Positions 46,701-55,687 of a stretch of 64,000 nt of DNA are shown here, one piece after another. The DNA comes from Candidatus Dormiibacterota bacterium. GTDB lineage: Bacteria; Chloroflexota; Dormibacteria; Aeolococcales; Aeolococcaceae. The DNA lies in contig CAWBLV010000001.1 of assembly GCA_963789735.1 (NCBI GenBank), positions 85,822 through 149,821 on the forward strand, given 5' to 3'. Positions within the stretch are counted from its first letter, which is position 1. Each line of letters starts with the position of its first letter. The position numbers and the translations under genes are program-made. The notes under the pieces are model-generated. The model was not told where the DNA came from. It saw only the letters and a program-made list of their open reading frames with translations, and searched no databases.

Positions 46701-47462
46701 GTGAAGACAAGGAAGGTCGCGGTGACCACCGGCTTGGCGAGCCTGGGCGTCAGCGTGCTCGCGTTTGCCGGGGGGCCACTCGTCGCCGAGGCGGCGTTGC
46801 AAACGCTGACCTGCACTTCGGTCGCCGTCGCCGGCGGCGGTCACGCTAACGTCTGCCACATGATCACGTCGGTCTCGCTCAGCGCTCCGCTGCTTCACCA
46901 GAGCATGCCGCTCGACTGCGAGTCGGCGGCGCTGGCGGTGGCGCTCCAGATGAAGGGGTTCGCACTGACCCAGACCTGGGTGTTCGACGAATTGCCCAAG
47001 CAACCCCAGGACGCGCTCGTCTCGCGAGAGCGACCCGTGACCTGGGGCGATCCGTACGAGGCCTTTGTCGGCAATGTGTATGGATCCGAGACGAGTTACA
47101 CGGGCTACGGCGTGTATTACCCGCCGATCGCCGCGGTTGCGGCACTCGCCGGAGCAAACACCGACGCACGGACCGGATGGACGACCAGCCAGATCGAGTC
47201 GCAACTCCGTCTCGGCCATCCGGTGGTGGTCTGGACGAACTTCAACTTCGCCTACTCGCAGACCAGCACCTGGCGTGCCTGGGACGGGCGGCTCATCCCG
47301 TATACCACCGAGGAGCACGCTGTCACGGTGGTCGGCTTCAACTCAGTGGCCGGAACGGTGACCGTCATTGATGTCGGGGTCGGCCTGCGACGCACGATAT
47401 CGACGGCGGCGTTCAGTGCGGCCATCGCCACCTTCGGCGGCATGGGCGTCGCCGTCTGGTAG
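46701..47462 (+). CDS. secreted C39-like (YvpB-type) cysteine peptidase domain protein
   Basis: The start is the GTG at 46701, giving the signal peptide VKTRKVAVTTGLASLGVSVLAFAG. The candidate catalytic Cys is in PLDCESAALAVAL and the candidate His is in EEHAVTVVGFN. Confidence 0.65.
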   Translation: MKTRKVAVTTGLASLGVSVLAFAGGPLVAEAALQTLTCTSVAVAGGGHANVCHMITSVSLSAPLLHQSMPLDCESAALAVALQMKGFALTQTWVFDELPKQPQDALVSRERPVTWGDPYEAFVGNVYGSETSYTGYGVYYPPIAAVAALAGANTDARTGWTTSQIESQLRLGHPVVVWTNFNFAYSQTSTWRAWDGRLIPYTTEEHAVTVVGFNSVAGTVTVIDVGVGLRRTISTAAFSAAIATFGGMGVAVW

Positions 47463-47532
47463 GTCGCCGGCAACGGCGGAAGGCGTCGTTCGCGTGCTTG
47501 CCGCCGGCACGGTCTCTGACTAGAGTCAGAGA

Positions 47533-48454
47533 ATGGACGATGAGGCGAAGGTGGCCCAGGTGCGGCGGTTCAACCGAACCGTGACCCAGCACGTCGGTGC
47601 CCTCAACGAGCAGTACCTCGGCAGCAAACTCTCTTTGGGCGAGGCGCGCGTGCTCTGGGAGATCGCCCCAAAAGGCACCGACCTGCGGTCGCTGCGTGTG
47701 ACCCTGGGGCTCGACTCCGGGTATCTGAGCCGCTTGATCACCCGGCTGACCGGCGCCGGGCTGGTGACTCTGCACCACGATCGCTATGACGGGCGGACTC
47801 GCTTCGTGCGGCTGACCCGAATGGGTCGGGCCCAGAAGAAAGTCCTCGATGGACGGAGCGATGCGCTTGCCGTGTCGCTCCTCGATCCGCTTTCTCCCCA
47901 GGAGCGCGAAGAGCTGGTCACCGCGATGGCAGCCATCGAGCGCGTCATGATGCGCACGTCGGTCACGGTCTCGCCAGTGGATCCCGCGGATCCCGCGGCC
48001 CGGGAGTGCATCCGCGCGTATTTCACGGAGCTCAACAGACGCTTCGATACAGGCTTCGACCCGTCTCGATCGATGAGCGCGGATGACGACGAGCTTCGAC
48101 CACCCAGAGGGGTGCTGGTGATCGCGTGGCTCCGGGACCGGCCGATCGGATGCGGGGCGCTCAAGTTCGTTCCCGGCGAGCCGGCGGACCTCAAGCGGAT
48201 GTGGGTCGCGGAAACGGAACGCGGTTTCGGGGTCGGGCGCCGGCTGCTCAACGAGCTCGAGGGCATCGCCGCGACGCAGGGTGCGGAGGCGGTTCGAACT
48301 CGAGACCAACGGAACCCTGAACGAGGCGATCAGCCTGTACCGATCCGCCGGCTACGTCGAGGTCCCGGCCTTCAACGATGAGCCCTATGCGCACCACTGG
48401 TTCCAGAAACAGCTCGGAGCGCCGCCCCGGCTCTCGGTGCTCCAGAAGCCGTAG
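47533..48454 (+). pseudogene. MarR-type HTH fused to a GNAT acetyltransferase, with an apparent +1 frameshift at about 48298; could be a sequence error
   Basis: The MarR wHTH (LGEARVLWEI...LSRLITRLTGAGLV) is followed by a GNAT core (RMWVAETERGFGVGRRLL). After AEAVR the expected end LETNGTLNEAISLYRSAGYVEVPAFNDEPYAHHWFQK is in the next frame. The joined length is 3n+1. Confidence 0.75.
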
Positions 48455-48457
48455 GGG

Positions 48458-48958
48458 TCACTCCGGAGGGCTCGTGTTTGCGTCTCCGGCGAGATCCATG
48501 TGCAGGATCGTGTTCGTCTCGGTGAACCCGAGGCGCTCGTAGAGCGGATAGGCCCGCACGCTCGGATGGACGATCAGGTAGCCGAGACCACGCGTTTTTG
48601 CCTCGGTGATCACCGCCTGGACAAGCGCGCGGCCGGTACCGCGATTCCTGTACTCGTCAACGACGAACACGCTCTGCACGTTGCCTGCGAGGCGCTCGAG
48701 CTGTCGTGGTTGTGGCATCCGGTCGAACACCGCGAGCCATGCCATCCCCACAGCGGCGCCGGCGTGCTCGGCAACGTACGCGATGTGACTCGACGTGCGG
48801 GTGCTCCACCACTGCGTGAATGCCGCCTCGAACGCTGGTGCTGATAGACCGTACTCCCCGCGTTCGACCGTCCGCCATAACCACCGCAGCCGTGCAAGCC
48901 CGCTTGCGTCACTCGGGCCGGCGCGTCTGACTGTTGGCATGCCCGTGACCACATCCAT
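48458..48958 (-). CDS. GNAT family N-acetyltransferase
   Basis: VDEYRNRGTGRALVQAVITEA is the acetyl-CoA binding motif (R/Q-x-x-G-x-G/A). The start is uncertain: 48958, 48940 or 48994. Confidence 0.75.
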   Translation of the reverse strand: MDVVTGMPTVRRAGPSDASGLARLRWLWRTVERGEYGLSAPAFEAAFTQWWSTRTSSHIAYVAEHAGAAVGMAWLAVFDRMPQPRQLERLAGNVQSVFVVDEYRNRGTGRALVQAVITEAKTRGLGYLIVHPSVRAYPLYERLGFTETNTILHMDLAGDANTSPPE

Positions 48959-49015
48959 CACGATCCCGACTCTCGCACCGGCCCGGCGCGTCATGTTGCG
49001 GAGCGCTGTCGCGTA

Positions 49016-49507
49016 GTGTTCGGGGCGATGGCACGAGCCCCCGAGCGTGACCTCCCAGCGGGTACTCCCGATGAGCGCGAACTCCTTCTCGGCTGGCTCG
49101 AGTGGCTCCGCGAAGCCGTGCTGGGGAAGATCGACGGACTCGACGAGACCGAAGCCCGGTGGACGCCGGAGGGTCGCCTGATCTCTCTTCTGGGAATCGT
49201 CAATCACCTCACGCGGGTGGAATGGCGATGGATCGACGGGACGATGCGTGGCGACGACACCTCACGCCTCGACGCCGAATTTTCGCCGGGGCCTGAGCTC
49301 ACCGTGGCGGCTGCCATTGCGGCGTATCGAACTCGCGCCGCCGCGACGGAGTCGTATGTACGCGCGACGCCGCTCACGCAGCCAACACGCGACGCCGATG
49401 GCACTGACCTGCGCTTTGTCTTGCTGCACCTCATCAACGAGACCGCCCGGCATGCCGGGCACGCAGACGCGACGCGTGAGTTGCTGGACGGTCTCGTCGG
49501 CGAGTAG
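49016..49507 (+). CDS. DinB superfamily / DUF664 protein (mycothiol-transferase-like)
   Basis: The His-containing DinB helices are LLGIVNHLTRVEWRW and LHLINETARHAGHAD. An alternative ATG start lies at 49028. Confidence 0.75.
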   Translation: MFGAMARAPERDLPAGTPDERELLLGWLEWLREAVLGKIDGLDETEARWTPEGRLISLLGIVNHLTRVEWRWIDGTMRGDDTSRLDAEFSPGPELTVAAAIAAYRTRAAATESYVRATPLTQPTRDADGTDLRFVLLHLINETARHAGHADATRELLDGLVGE

Positions 49508-49510
49508 AGG

Positions 49511-50350
49511 CTAAGCCGACGCGGGCGGCCCCTGCTCGACGATGCGCACAACGTCATCTGGATCAGTACCGGGAGCGATCGCTTCGAGGATCCACGTGAC
49601 ACCCGACGCCTCCAGCGCTGCCAGTGTGTCTGGAACGCTCGCGCGATCCTCGGTTGAAAGCGAGCATCGGATAGCGATGTCGATGTTCGCTGTGGCGCCA
49701 CGTTCGAGGAGTGCGGCGCGCAGCGCCCTGATATCGGTCGGGTCCGGCGGCGGCAGCGCTCCGGGTGTATGAAAGATTGGAAAACAGCCTTGGAGCTTCG
49801 CGATCCGAGCGAGTGGTCTCCGATTCGGCCAGCGGACTGCACCCCACAGCGGCAGCGGATTTTGCACAGGCACTGGCAGCAGCGCTGGCGAATCGATCGT
49901 GTAATGGCGCCCGTGAAAGCTGACCGGTTCGCCTCTGAGAAATTGCTGCAGCACTTCGAGTGACTCGTCGAGCATTTCTCCGCGAATAACCGGCTCGACC
50001 GCCTCACCGAACGAACTGAATTCCGTCCACCCATCGTCGCCAAGCCCGATCCCGCCGATCAACCGCCCCCCGGAAAGTCGATCGAGTGTCGCCATCTGAC
50101 GGCTGAGCACCCACGGGCGCCTTCGCGGCAGGGGTGTGACGAGCGCGCCGAGGCGGATCCGCTCCGTCACCGCTGCGACCGCGGCCATCACCACCCACGG
50201 ATCGGCCACTGGCATGCCGGGAAACGCGAGCATGTGGTCCCAGAAAAAAAGCCCATGCCACCCAGCCTCTTCCACCTGCCGCGAGAGCTCGACCACACGC
50301 CGCGGTTCAGCGAATTCCGCAAATGGCGGCAGGAATATCGCGAAGCGCAT
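49511..50350 (-). CDS. LLM-class (luciferase-like) flavin- or F420-dependent oxidoreductase
   Basis: The N-terminus shows AEEAGWHGLFFWDH. A TIM-barrel LLM pattern is present (GGRLIGGIGLG). Confidence 0.8.
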   Translation of the reverse strand: MRFAIFLPPFAEFAEPRRVVELSRQVEEAGWHGLFFWDHMLAFPGMPVADPWVVMAAVAAVTERIRLGALVTPLPRRRPWVLSRQMATLDRLSGGRLIGGIGLGDDGWTEFSSFGEAVEPVIRGEMLDESLEVLQQFLRGEPVSFHGRHYTIDSPALLPVPVQNPLPLWGAVRWPNRRPLARIAKLQGCFPIFHTPGALPPPDPTDIRALRAALLERGATANIDIAIRCSLSTEDRASVPDTLAALEASGVTWILEAIAPGTDPDDVVRIVEQGPPASA

Positions 50351-50391
50351 CGGCGATTATCCTACCGACCCGAGACGCCGCGAGGGCATCA

Positions 50392-51333
50392 TCAGCCGAT
50401 CAACTCGCGAAGCCAGCGAAGCGCGACGCGGCCCTGAGCCGCTTGAAACGGTCTGATTGTCGGCAGTCCCGGTGGCGGCGGCAACAGACTGTGATGGACG
50501 AGCATCCCGGCAGCAGCGCTGAGCGTCGCCGCGACCGCATCGGGATCGGCGCCGACGGACCACCGTGACCGGCGGAACACGTCGTTCGCGGGAGGACCGC
50601 CCTGCGATTCGACCGAGAATGCGAACAGCAGCGGATCGATCCAGGCCGCGCCGAGACATGCCCAGGGCCAGTCGACAAACCACACCTGACTATCGGTGAG
50701 CAGAATGTTGTCTCCACGAATGTCGAGGTGGACGAGCGTCGTGCCGATTGTCGCCTGCTGCGACAACTGTTCGAGGGCGACAAGATCGTCCAGGCGGCTG
50801 AGCGCCCAGGGCTCGAGCCCCGCGATCGGTCGTGCCTTGAGTTTCCGCCACCCCGCCCATGTCGCCTCGATGTGATCACCCACTCGCCGGGTCTCGAAGG
50901 GTGCGGGGGTCAGGCGTTGTAGCATCGCGTCCATGGCTGCGATGACGGCGTTCAGGTCACGCTCGTCCCACGGCATCACGGGGTTGCGTCCCTCGATGTC
51001 ATCGAAGCACAGCGCCACCCATCCCCCTGGTCCTTCGTCGAATGACCACAGCAGGCGGGGTATCGGGAGGTCGTCCGGGAGCTGCGACACGACCTGGATC
51101 TCGCGTCGATAAATATCCGGCGAGTGCGGATTGACATCGCCCGGCACAGCTTTCACGAAGGCTCGGCGATTCTCCGCGGTGCGCACTCGAGCAGCCAGCG
51201 CCGGCGAAAACCCTTGTGGCTGCGTCCGCGCCTCGACGACCTTGCCGCCGAGACGATCCTCAATCTCGTCGCGAATGTCGTTCGGGACGTCCTGCCATTC
51301 GATGCGGACTCCGCGCGCCGCCGGCGTCTCCAT
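50392..51333 (-). CDS. aminoglycoside/choline-kinase-type phosphotransferase (APH family)
   Basis: The catalytic loop is LVHLDIRGDNILL and is followed by FVDWPWAC. The start is set at the ATG at 51333, 2 nt before the upstream gene's stop. Confidence 0.75.
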   Translation of the reverse strand: METPAARGVRIEWQDVPNDIRDEIEDRLGGKVVEARTQPQGFSPALAARVRTAENRRAFVKAVPGDVNPHSPDIYRREIQVVSQLPDDLPIPRLLWSFDEGPGGWVALCFDDIEGRNPVMPWDERDLNAVIAAMDAMLQRLTPAPFETRRVGDHIEATWAGWRKLKARPIAGLEPWALSRLDDLVALEQLSQQATIGTTLVHLDIRGDNILLTDSQVWFVDWPWACLGAAWIDPLLFAFSVESQGGPPANDVFRRSRWSVGADPDAVAATLSAAAGMLVHHSLLPPPPGLPTIRPFQAAQGRVALRWLRELIG

Positions 51334-51334
51334 T

Positions 51335-52174
51335 TCAGGCTGGGCTCGACGTGTCGCGCACACACTCCCAGACCAGGACGTATGGGAGGCCAAGCAGGTG
51401 AACAAGTGCCGGTGTTCTGCCCTTGCTGGTAAAGGCCTCGAGGACGCTCTGGGAAAAGCGCGGCTCGAGGCAGCGGCGAACGCGCAGTCCAGCGGAAGCA
51501 AATGCATCCAAATACTCGCCGTGCCAGTGCAATTCGTTCCGAACGACGCCGCGGGAATCATCGGGATAGCGAAAGAACGCGTGAGAGCCAGTGGCGACAG
51601 CGACTGGGTGAACATCGGAAAGCAAGAGCCGTCCGCCCGCACGAAGGACGCGTGCGAGCTCTGCGATCGCTGGCTGTAGCAGGAGCACGTGTGTGAGGGC
51701 CAGCCCGCAGCAGACAACGTCGAACGACGCGTCTGGAAAAGGGAGATGTAGCAACGAACCGAGGCGCAATGTTGCTTCGGGAGCGTTGCTATACGCTCGC
51801 TCCAGCATCGCCTCCGATGCGTCGACACCGGTGACGTCGTGGCCGTGGTCCACGAGCATCCTCGTCAATCTTCCCGTGCCGCAGGCGGCGTCCAGCGCGC
51901 GACCGCCTGTGATGCCGTCAAGCAGTGCGTTCATTGCGGGTTGTTCCGCCATGACGAGGGGATTCATGCGTTCGTCATACGAGGTCGACCACGCCGTGTA
52001 TCCCAACTCTGTGTCGAGCATATCGAGTGGCTCGAGCGTTCGATCGCCTGCCTCGCGCGCGAGGTCGGTCAGGCTCGCGATTGCAGCATCGATCTCGAGG
52101 TACGGCCAAGAGCGGAGCAGCCCGAGGCCATGCAGACCGGCCGTGAATTGCGCGGGCAGGACGTCGCGTTCCAT
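51335..52174 (-). CDS. class I SAM-dependent methyltransferase
   Basis: Motif I is ALDAACGTGRLT, followed by VTGVDASEAML and FDVVCC. Confidence 0.8.
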   Translation of the reverse strand: MERDVLPAQFTAGLHGLGLLRSWPYLEIDAAIASLTDLAREAGDRTLEPLDMLDTELGYTAWSTSYDERMNPLVMAEQPAMNALLDGITGGRALDAACGTGRLTRMLVDHGHDVTGVDASEAMLERAYSNAPEATLRLGSLLHLPFPDASFDVVCCGLALTHVLLLQPAIAELARVLRAGGRLLLSDVHPVAVATGSHAFFRYPDDSRGVVRNELHWHGEYLDAFASAGLRVRRCLEPRFSQSVLEAFTSKGRTPALVHLLGLPYVLVWECVRDTSSPA

Positions 52175-52223
52175 GAGGCGCCGCTACTCTTGCATACGCT
52201 CGCGAGCAGCGGCACCTCGCTGG

Positions 52224-52403
52224 TCAAATGGCGATTGCGATCTTGACGCCGAGCAGGATCAGCGGCCAGAGAATCACGGCCAGGATGGCCGACAGAATCG
52301 CTCCGATGGTGCTGAGATGGTCGAAGAAATGGTGGGTCGCCGCGACCACGATGCCGATGACGATCCAGATGATCGGCAGCAAGGAGACGCCAGACCTGCT
52401 CAT
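52224..52403 (-). CDS. small hydrophobic protein (59 aa, two predicted TM helices)
   Basis: It is absent from the ORF track because it is under 60 aa. The sequence is MSRSGVSLLPIIWIVIGIVVAATHHFFDHLSTIGAILSAILAVILWPLILLGVKIAIAI. Third-position G/C bias is strong, and it lies in a run of same-strand genes. Confidence 0.45.
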   Translation of the reverse strand: MSRSGVSLLPIIWIVIGIVVAATHHFFDHLSTIGAILSAILAVILWPLILLGVKIAIAI

Positions 52404-52446
52404 GGCTGTACCTCGTTAACGCGTAGGGCTCGCCGCCCGGCGATGC

Positions 52447-52638
52447 TCAGCGGCCTTCCGCCTTGTCTTTGAGCGCCTCGCCGGCGCCCTTCAACTTGTC
52501 GCCGGCCTCGCCGAGTGCGTGCTCGACTTTTCCGGCTGCGTGCTGGGTCCTGCCCTCTGCCTCACGCTCCTTGTCGCCGGTGACCTTGCCCTGCACTTCC
52601 TTCGCCTTGCCGGCGACCTGGTCGGCTTCTCCAGACAT
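52447..52638 (-). CDS. CsbD family stress protein
   Basis: MSGEADQVAGKAKEVQGKVTGDKEREAEGRTQHAAGKVEHALGEAGDKLKG is the typical CsbD repeat. A GGAGG RBS precedes the ATG at 52638. Confidence 0.8.
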   Translation of the reverse strand: MSGEADQVAGKAKEVQGKVTGDKEREAEGRTQHAAGKVEHALGEAGDKLKGAGEALKDKAEGR

Positions 52639-52791
52639 GTGAGACCTCCACTGTGCGAACACCCCATTCCGAACCGCGCCGGCGGATATTGCGCTTTTGA
52701 TAGCAGCAGTATCACACAATGTACCAGCGCGAGTTGGATACCGGGTGCCGACCGCGTCGGCGCTACCGCAGCGACGCGCGTCTCGCTGTCG

Positions 52792-53664
52792 CTACCAGCG
52801 TTCGAGGAGCCAGTCGTAGATCTCGCCGCTGTGATGGACGGTCAGGGTGAGATGGCCATCCTCGTCGGTGAGCCGAGCTTCGACGGCGGGAATCTGCGCA
52901 GCGAGCCACACACCGTGACCGAACGGCACGAAGCGATCCTGCCGCCCATGCAGGAGCAACACCGGGATCGAGATGTCCGAGAACTCGAAACCCCACGGCT
53001 CCACGTCGGCGACACCGTCCTCCCACCACCCTTCACTGCCTGGCCCGACCCCATCGGCGGCGCTATCCACGAAGTACTGCGCCAGCTCTGGCGTGAAGAC
53101 GGCAGCGTCGACGGGCGACACCAGCGTCGTGATGATCTGCAACACCTGCTCCGCATTGGCGCCGAGCATCTCCACTCTCTCGGCCTCGAGCTTGGCTCTC
53201 GCGGCCACTTTGTCGCGGACCATCAGGCGGTAGTCGTCCGCGTTCAGTTCGCCCATTCCGGCGAACCAGTCGAGGCCCTCGGCGTCGAACGGCGCAGGCG
53301 ACGCCAGTGACGCCGCCGCGGGAATGACGTCGGGAAGCAGGGCAGCGCACGCGAGGACATGCGGGCCACCTCCGGAGATGCCCCAGCTGAGGATCCGCTC
53401 GACGCCGAGTCCGGCGCAGATGGTGCGGGCATCCGCCGCGCAATCGGCGATCGTCCTGCCAGGTTGCGCGGTCGAACCGCCGTAGCCCGGCCGGTCGTAC
53501 GTGATCATGCGAATGCCGTGCTCGCGAGCGACGGCAACGTCGGGTCCGTACTGAAGCCGCGAGTTGGGTGTTCCCTGGTGCACGAGGCATGGGACGCCGT
53601 CCGGGTCCCCGCCTTCGGTGACGGCGAGTTTGCGTCCGTCACCGGTCTCGAATACGTGCTCCAT
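52792..53664 (-). CDS. alpha/beta hydrolase
   Basis: HQGTPNS is present, and the nucleophile elbow is GISGGG. The start is set at the ATG at 53664. Confidence 0.8.
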   Translation of the reverse strand: MEHVFETGDGRKLAVTEGGDPDGVPCLVHQGTPNSRLQYGPDVAVAREHGIRMITYDRPGYGGSTAQPGRTIADCAADARTICAGLGVERILSWGISGGGPHVLACAALLPDVIPAAASLASPAPFDAEGLDWFAGMGELNADDYRLMVRDKVAARAKLEAERVEMLGANAEQVLQIITTLVSPVDAAVFTPELAQYFVDSAADGVGPGSEGWWEDGVADVEPWGFEFSDISIPVLLLHGRQDRFVPFGHGVWLAAQIPAVEARLTDEDGHLTLTVHHSGEIYDWLLERW

Positions 53665-53767
53665 GGACATCCACCTCTCGGTACCGAAACGACAGCTTCG
53701 AGCGTACACGCGAACTCTCCGCACATGCCTCGGCGAGCGGTGCGCAACGTCGATGTATGCTCGCGCG

Positions 53768-54478
53768 ATGGTCAAGTCCCGCATCGAGCACATGCGCGCC
53801 CGCGACGGTCATCCGTTCACTGGATACCTCACGCTTCCGGAGTCGGGAGCTGGTCCTGGCATGGTGGTGGCGCAGGAGATCTTCGGCGTCACCGACTACA
53901 TCAAAGACGTCTGTGCGCGTCTCAGCGAACTGGGGTATGTCGCGCTTGCGCCAGACCTGTACTCGCGAATCGACGGCGAGACGGTCATCGACGAACGCAC
54001 GGAGAATGCACTTCCGCGCGCGTTCGGCGCGATGCAGAAACTCGACTTCCCGCAGGCTGCGAGTGACGCGGCCGATGCGCTCGAGCATCTGCGTGGTCTC
54101 CCCGAAGTGCCTGACGGGCGCGCAGGCATCATCGGGTTCTGTCTCGGCGGCGGTATCGGTTATTTCGTCGCCGCGGCCGCCGAACCCGACGTTGCGGTCC
54201 TGTACTACGGCTCGGCCATTCCGCCGAACCTCGACAAGGCGCCGCAGGTGCATTGCCCGGTGCTCTTTCACTTCGGCGACGCGGACGAGTACATCACTGC
54301 CGAGCAACGCGCTGCGGTGGAGCAGGCGTTTGCAGGACGATCGCACACCGAGTTCCATCTGCATCATGGCCCCAACCATGCCTTTGACAACCACAACGCG
54401 GTGTTCCATCACCCCGAAGCCGCCGCTGCGGCGTGGAAGCAGACCGTGGCGTTCCTGGAAAGTGAACTTCCGGCCTAA
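53768..54478 (+). CDS. dienelactone hydrolase family protein
   Basis: Motifs seen are GMVVAQEIFGV, the Cys nucleophile context GFCLGGG, and a C-terminal HAF. The start is uncertain, either 53753 or 53768. Confidence 0.8.
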   Translation: MVKSRIEHMRARDGHPFTGYLTLPESGAGPGMVVAQEIFGVTDYIKDVCARLSELGYVALAPDLYSRIDGETVIDERTENALPRAFGAMQKLDFPQAASDAADALEHLRGLPEVPDGRAGIIGFCLGGGIGYFVAAAAEPDVAVLYYGSAIPPNLDKAPQVHCPVLFHFGDADEYITAEQRAAVEQAFAGRSHTEFHLHHGPNHAFDNHNAVFHHPEAAAAAWKQTVAFLESELPA

Positions 54479-54492
54479 CTCGTCGGTGCCGG

Positions 54493-55479
54493 TCAGCGCA
54501 CCTCGATAACGTGCGTTCTGCGCGAGACGAGTTCGCCGATGACAGGCGCCCCGGGAATCTCGCCGGCAATCAACAGACCGCCACTCGTCTGCGCATCGGC
54601 GAGCAGCAGCCGTTCGCGCTCGTCATGCGCCGCGTGGCCGGCCCAGGAGACATGGGGCGCGACCCACTCGAGGTTGCGGCGGGTGCCGCCGCTCACATAG
54701 CCGGCGTCAAGGGCGGCGCGTGCGCCGTCGAGGTAGGGCACGGAGTCGGCATCGATGATCGCGGTGAGATTGCTCGCACGCGCCAGCTTGTACAGATGCC
54801 CTAACAGACCGAACCCCGTGACGTCGGTCACGCATCGCGCTCCTGAGGCGAGCGCTGCCTCTGACGCATCGCGGTTGAGCGCGACCATCGTTGCCACTGC
54901 CTGCGGAAAGACTTCCCCCGTCTGCTTGTGCCTGCTGTTGAGGACGCCGACTCCAAGCGGTTTGCTCAGCGAGAGCGGCTGCCCGGCGATACCGGCGTCC
55001 GTACGCAGCAACCGATTTGCGTCGGCGACGCCCGTCACGGCCATGCCGTACTTCGGTTCCGGGTCGTCGACGCTGTGGCCGCCGGCAACAGGGCACTTCG
55101 CCTCGTTGGCAATCGCGAGCCCGCCGCGCAGGACCTCAGCAGCGAGGCTCATCGGGAGCAGATCGCGAGGCCAGCAGACGAGGTTCACCGCGAGGATCGG
55201 CCGGCCGCCCATCGCATAGATGTCCGAGAAGGCGTTGGCGGCGGCGATGCGCCCCCAGTCGTATGCGTCGTCGACGACCGGCGTGAAGAAGTCGACGGTG
55301 CTGAGGACGGCCGTCCCATTGCCGTCGATGGTGACGGCTGCGGCATCGTCGCCGTGATCGAGGCCGACGAGCAGAGTCTCGCTCGGCACACCGATGAGCC
55401 CTGCGACCATCTCCTCGAGCTCCCCGGGCGGGATCTTGCACGCGCAGCCGCCACCGTGGGCGTACTCGGTGAGTCGCAT
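54493..55479 (-). CDS. selD: selenide, water dikinase (Cys-type)
   Basis: The N-terminus HGGGCACKIPP has Cys at the Sec/Cys position. AIR-synthase-like domains follow. Confidence 0.9.
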   Translation of the reverse strand: MRLTEYAHGGGCACKIPPGELEEMVAGLIGVPSETLLVGLDHGDDAAAVTIDGNGTAVLSTVDFFTPVVDDAYDWGRIAAANAFSDIYAMGGRPILAVNLVCWPRDLLPMSLAAEVLRGGLAIANEAKCPVAGGHSVDDPEPKYGMAVTGVADANRLLRTDAGIAGQPLSLSKPLGVGVLNSRHKQTGEVFPQAVATMVALNRDASEAALASGARCVTDVTGFGLLGHLYKLARASNLTAIIDADSVPYLDGARAALDAGYVSGGTRRNLEWVAPHVSWAGHAAHDERERLLLADAQTSGGLLIAGEIPGAPVIGELVSRRTHVIEVR

Positions 55480-55547
55480 CGGCCCGATATTCGCAGGTTG
55501 GGCGACCGCCTCACGGCCACCCGCATCACTCTCCTACGCTTGTCGGT

Positions 55548-55643
55548 GGAGGCGTCTGGGCACCTGGTGGGCTTCCTGATCTTCAAAATCAGTGTGACCG
55601 AGTATCCCGGTCAAGCGGGTTCGATTCCCGTCCGCCTCCGCCA
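55548..55643 (+). tRNA. selC: tRNA-Sec (anticodon UCA), 96 nt with encoded CCA
   Basis: The acceptor stem is GGAGGCG/CGCCTCC. The anticodon stem CTGAT/ATCAG carries the loop CT-TCA-AA. A long variable arm is TGACCG-agtatcc-CGGTCA. The T arm has a TTCGATT loop. It lies between selD and selA. Confidence 0.85.
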
Positions 55644-55687
55644 CCGCGCCGGCTGGCGTGGGTGGCTTGCACGTAAGGTCATCGCGC

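Noticed and set aside
45498-47318. A 606-aa minus-strand ORF.
   Set aside because: It is antisense to both trkA genes and the C39-like gene and has low-complexity, Arg-rich content.
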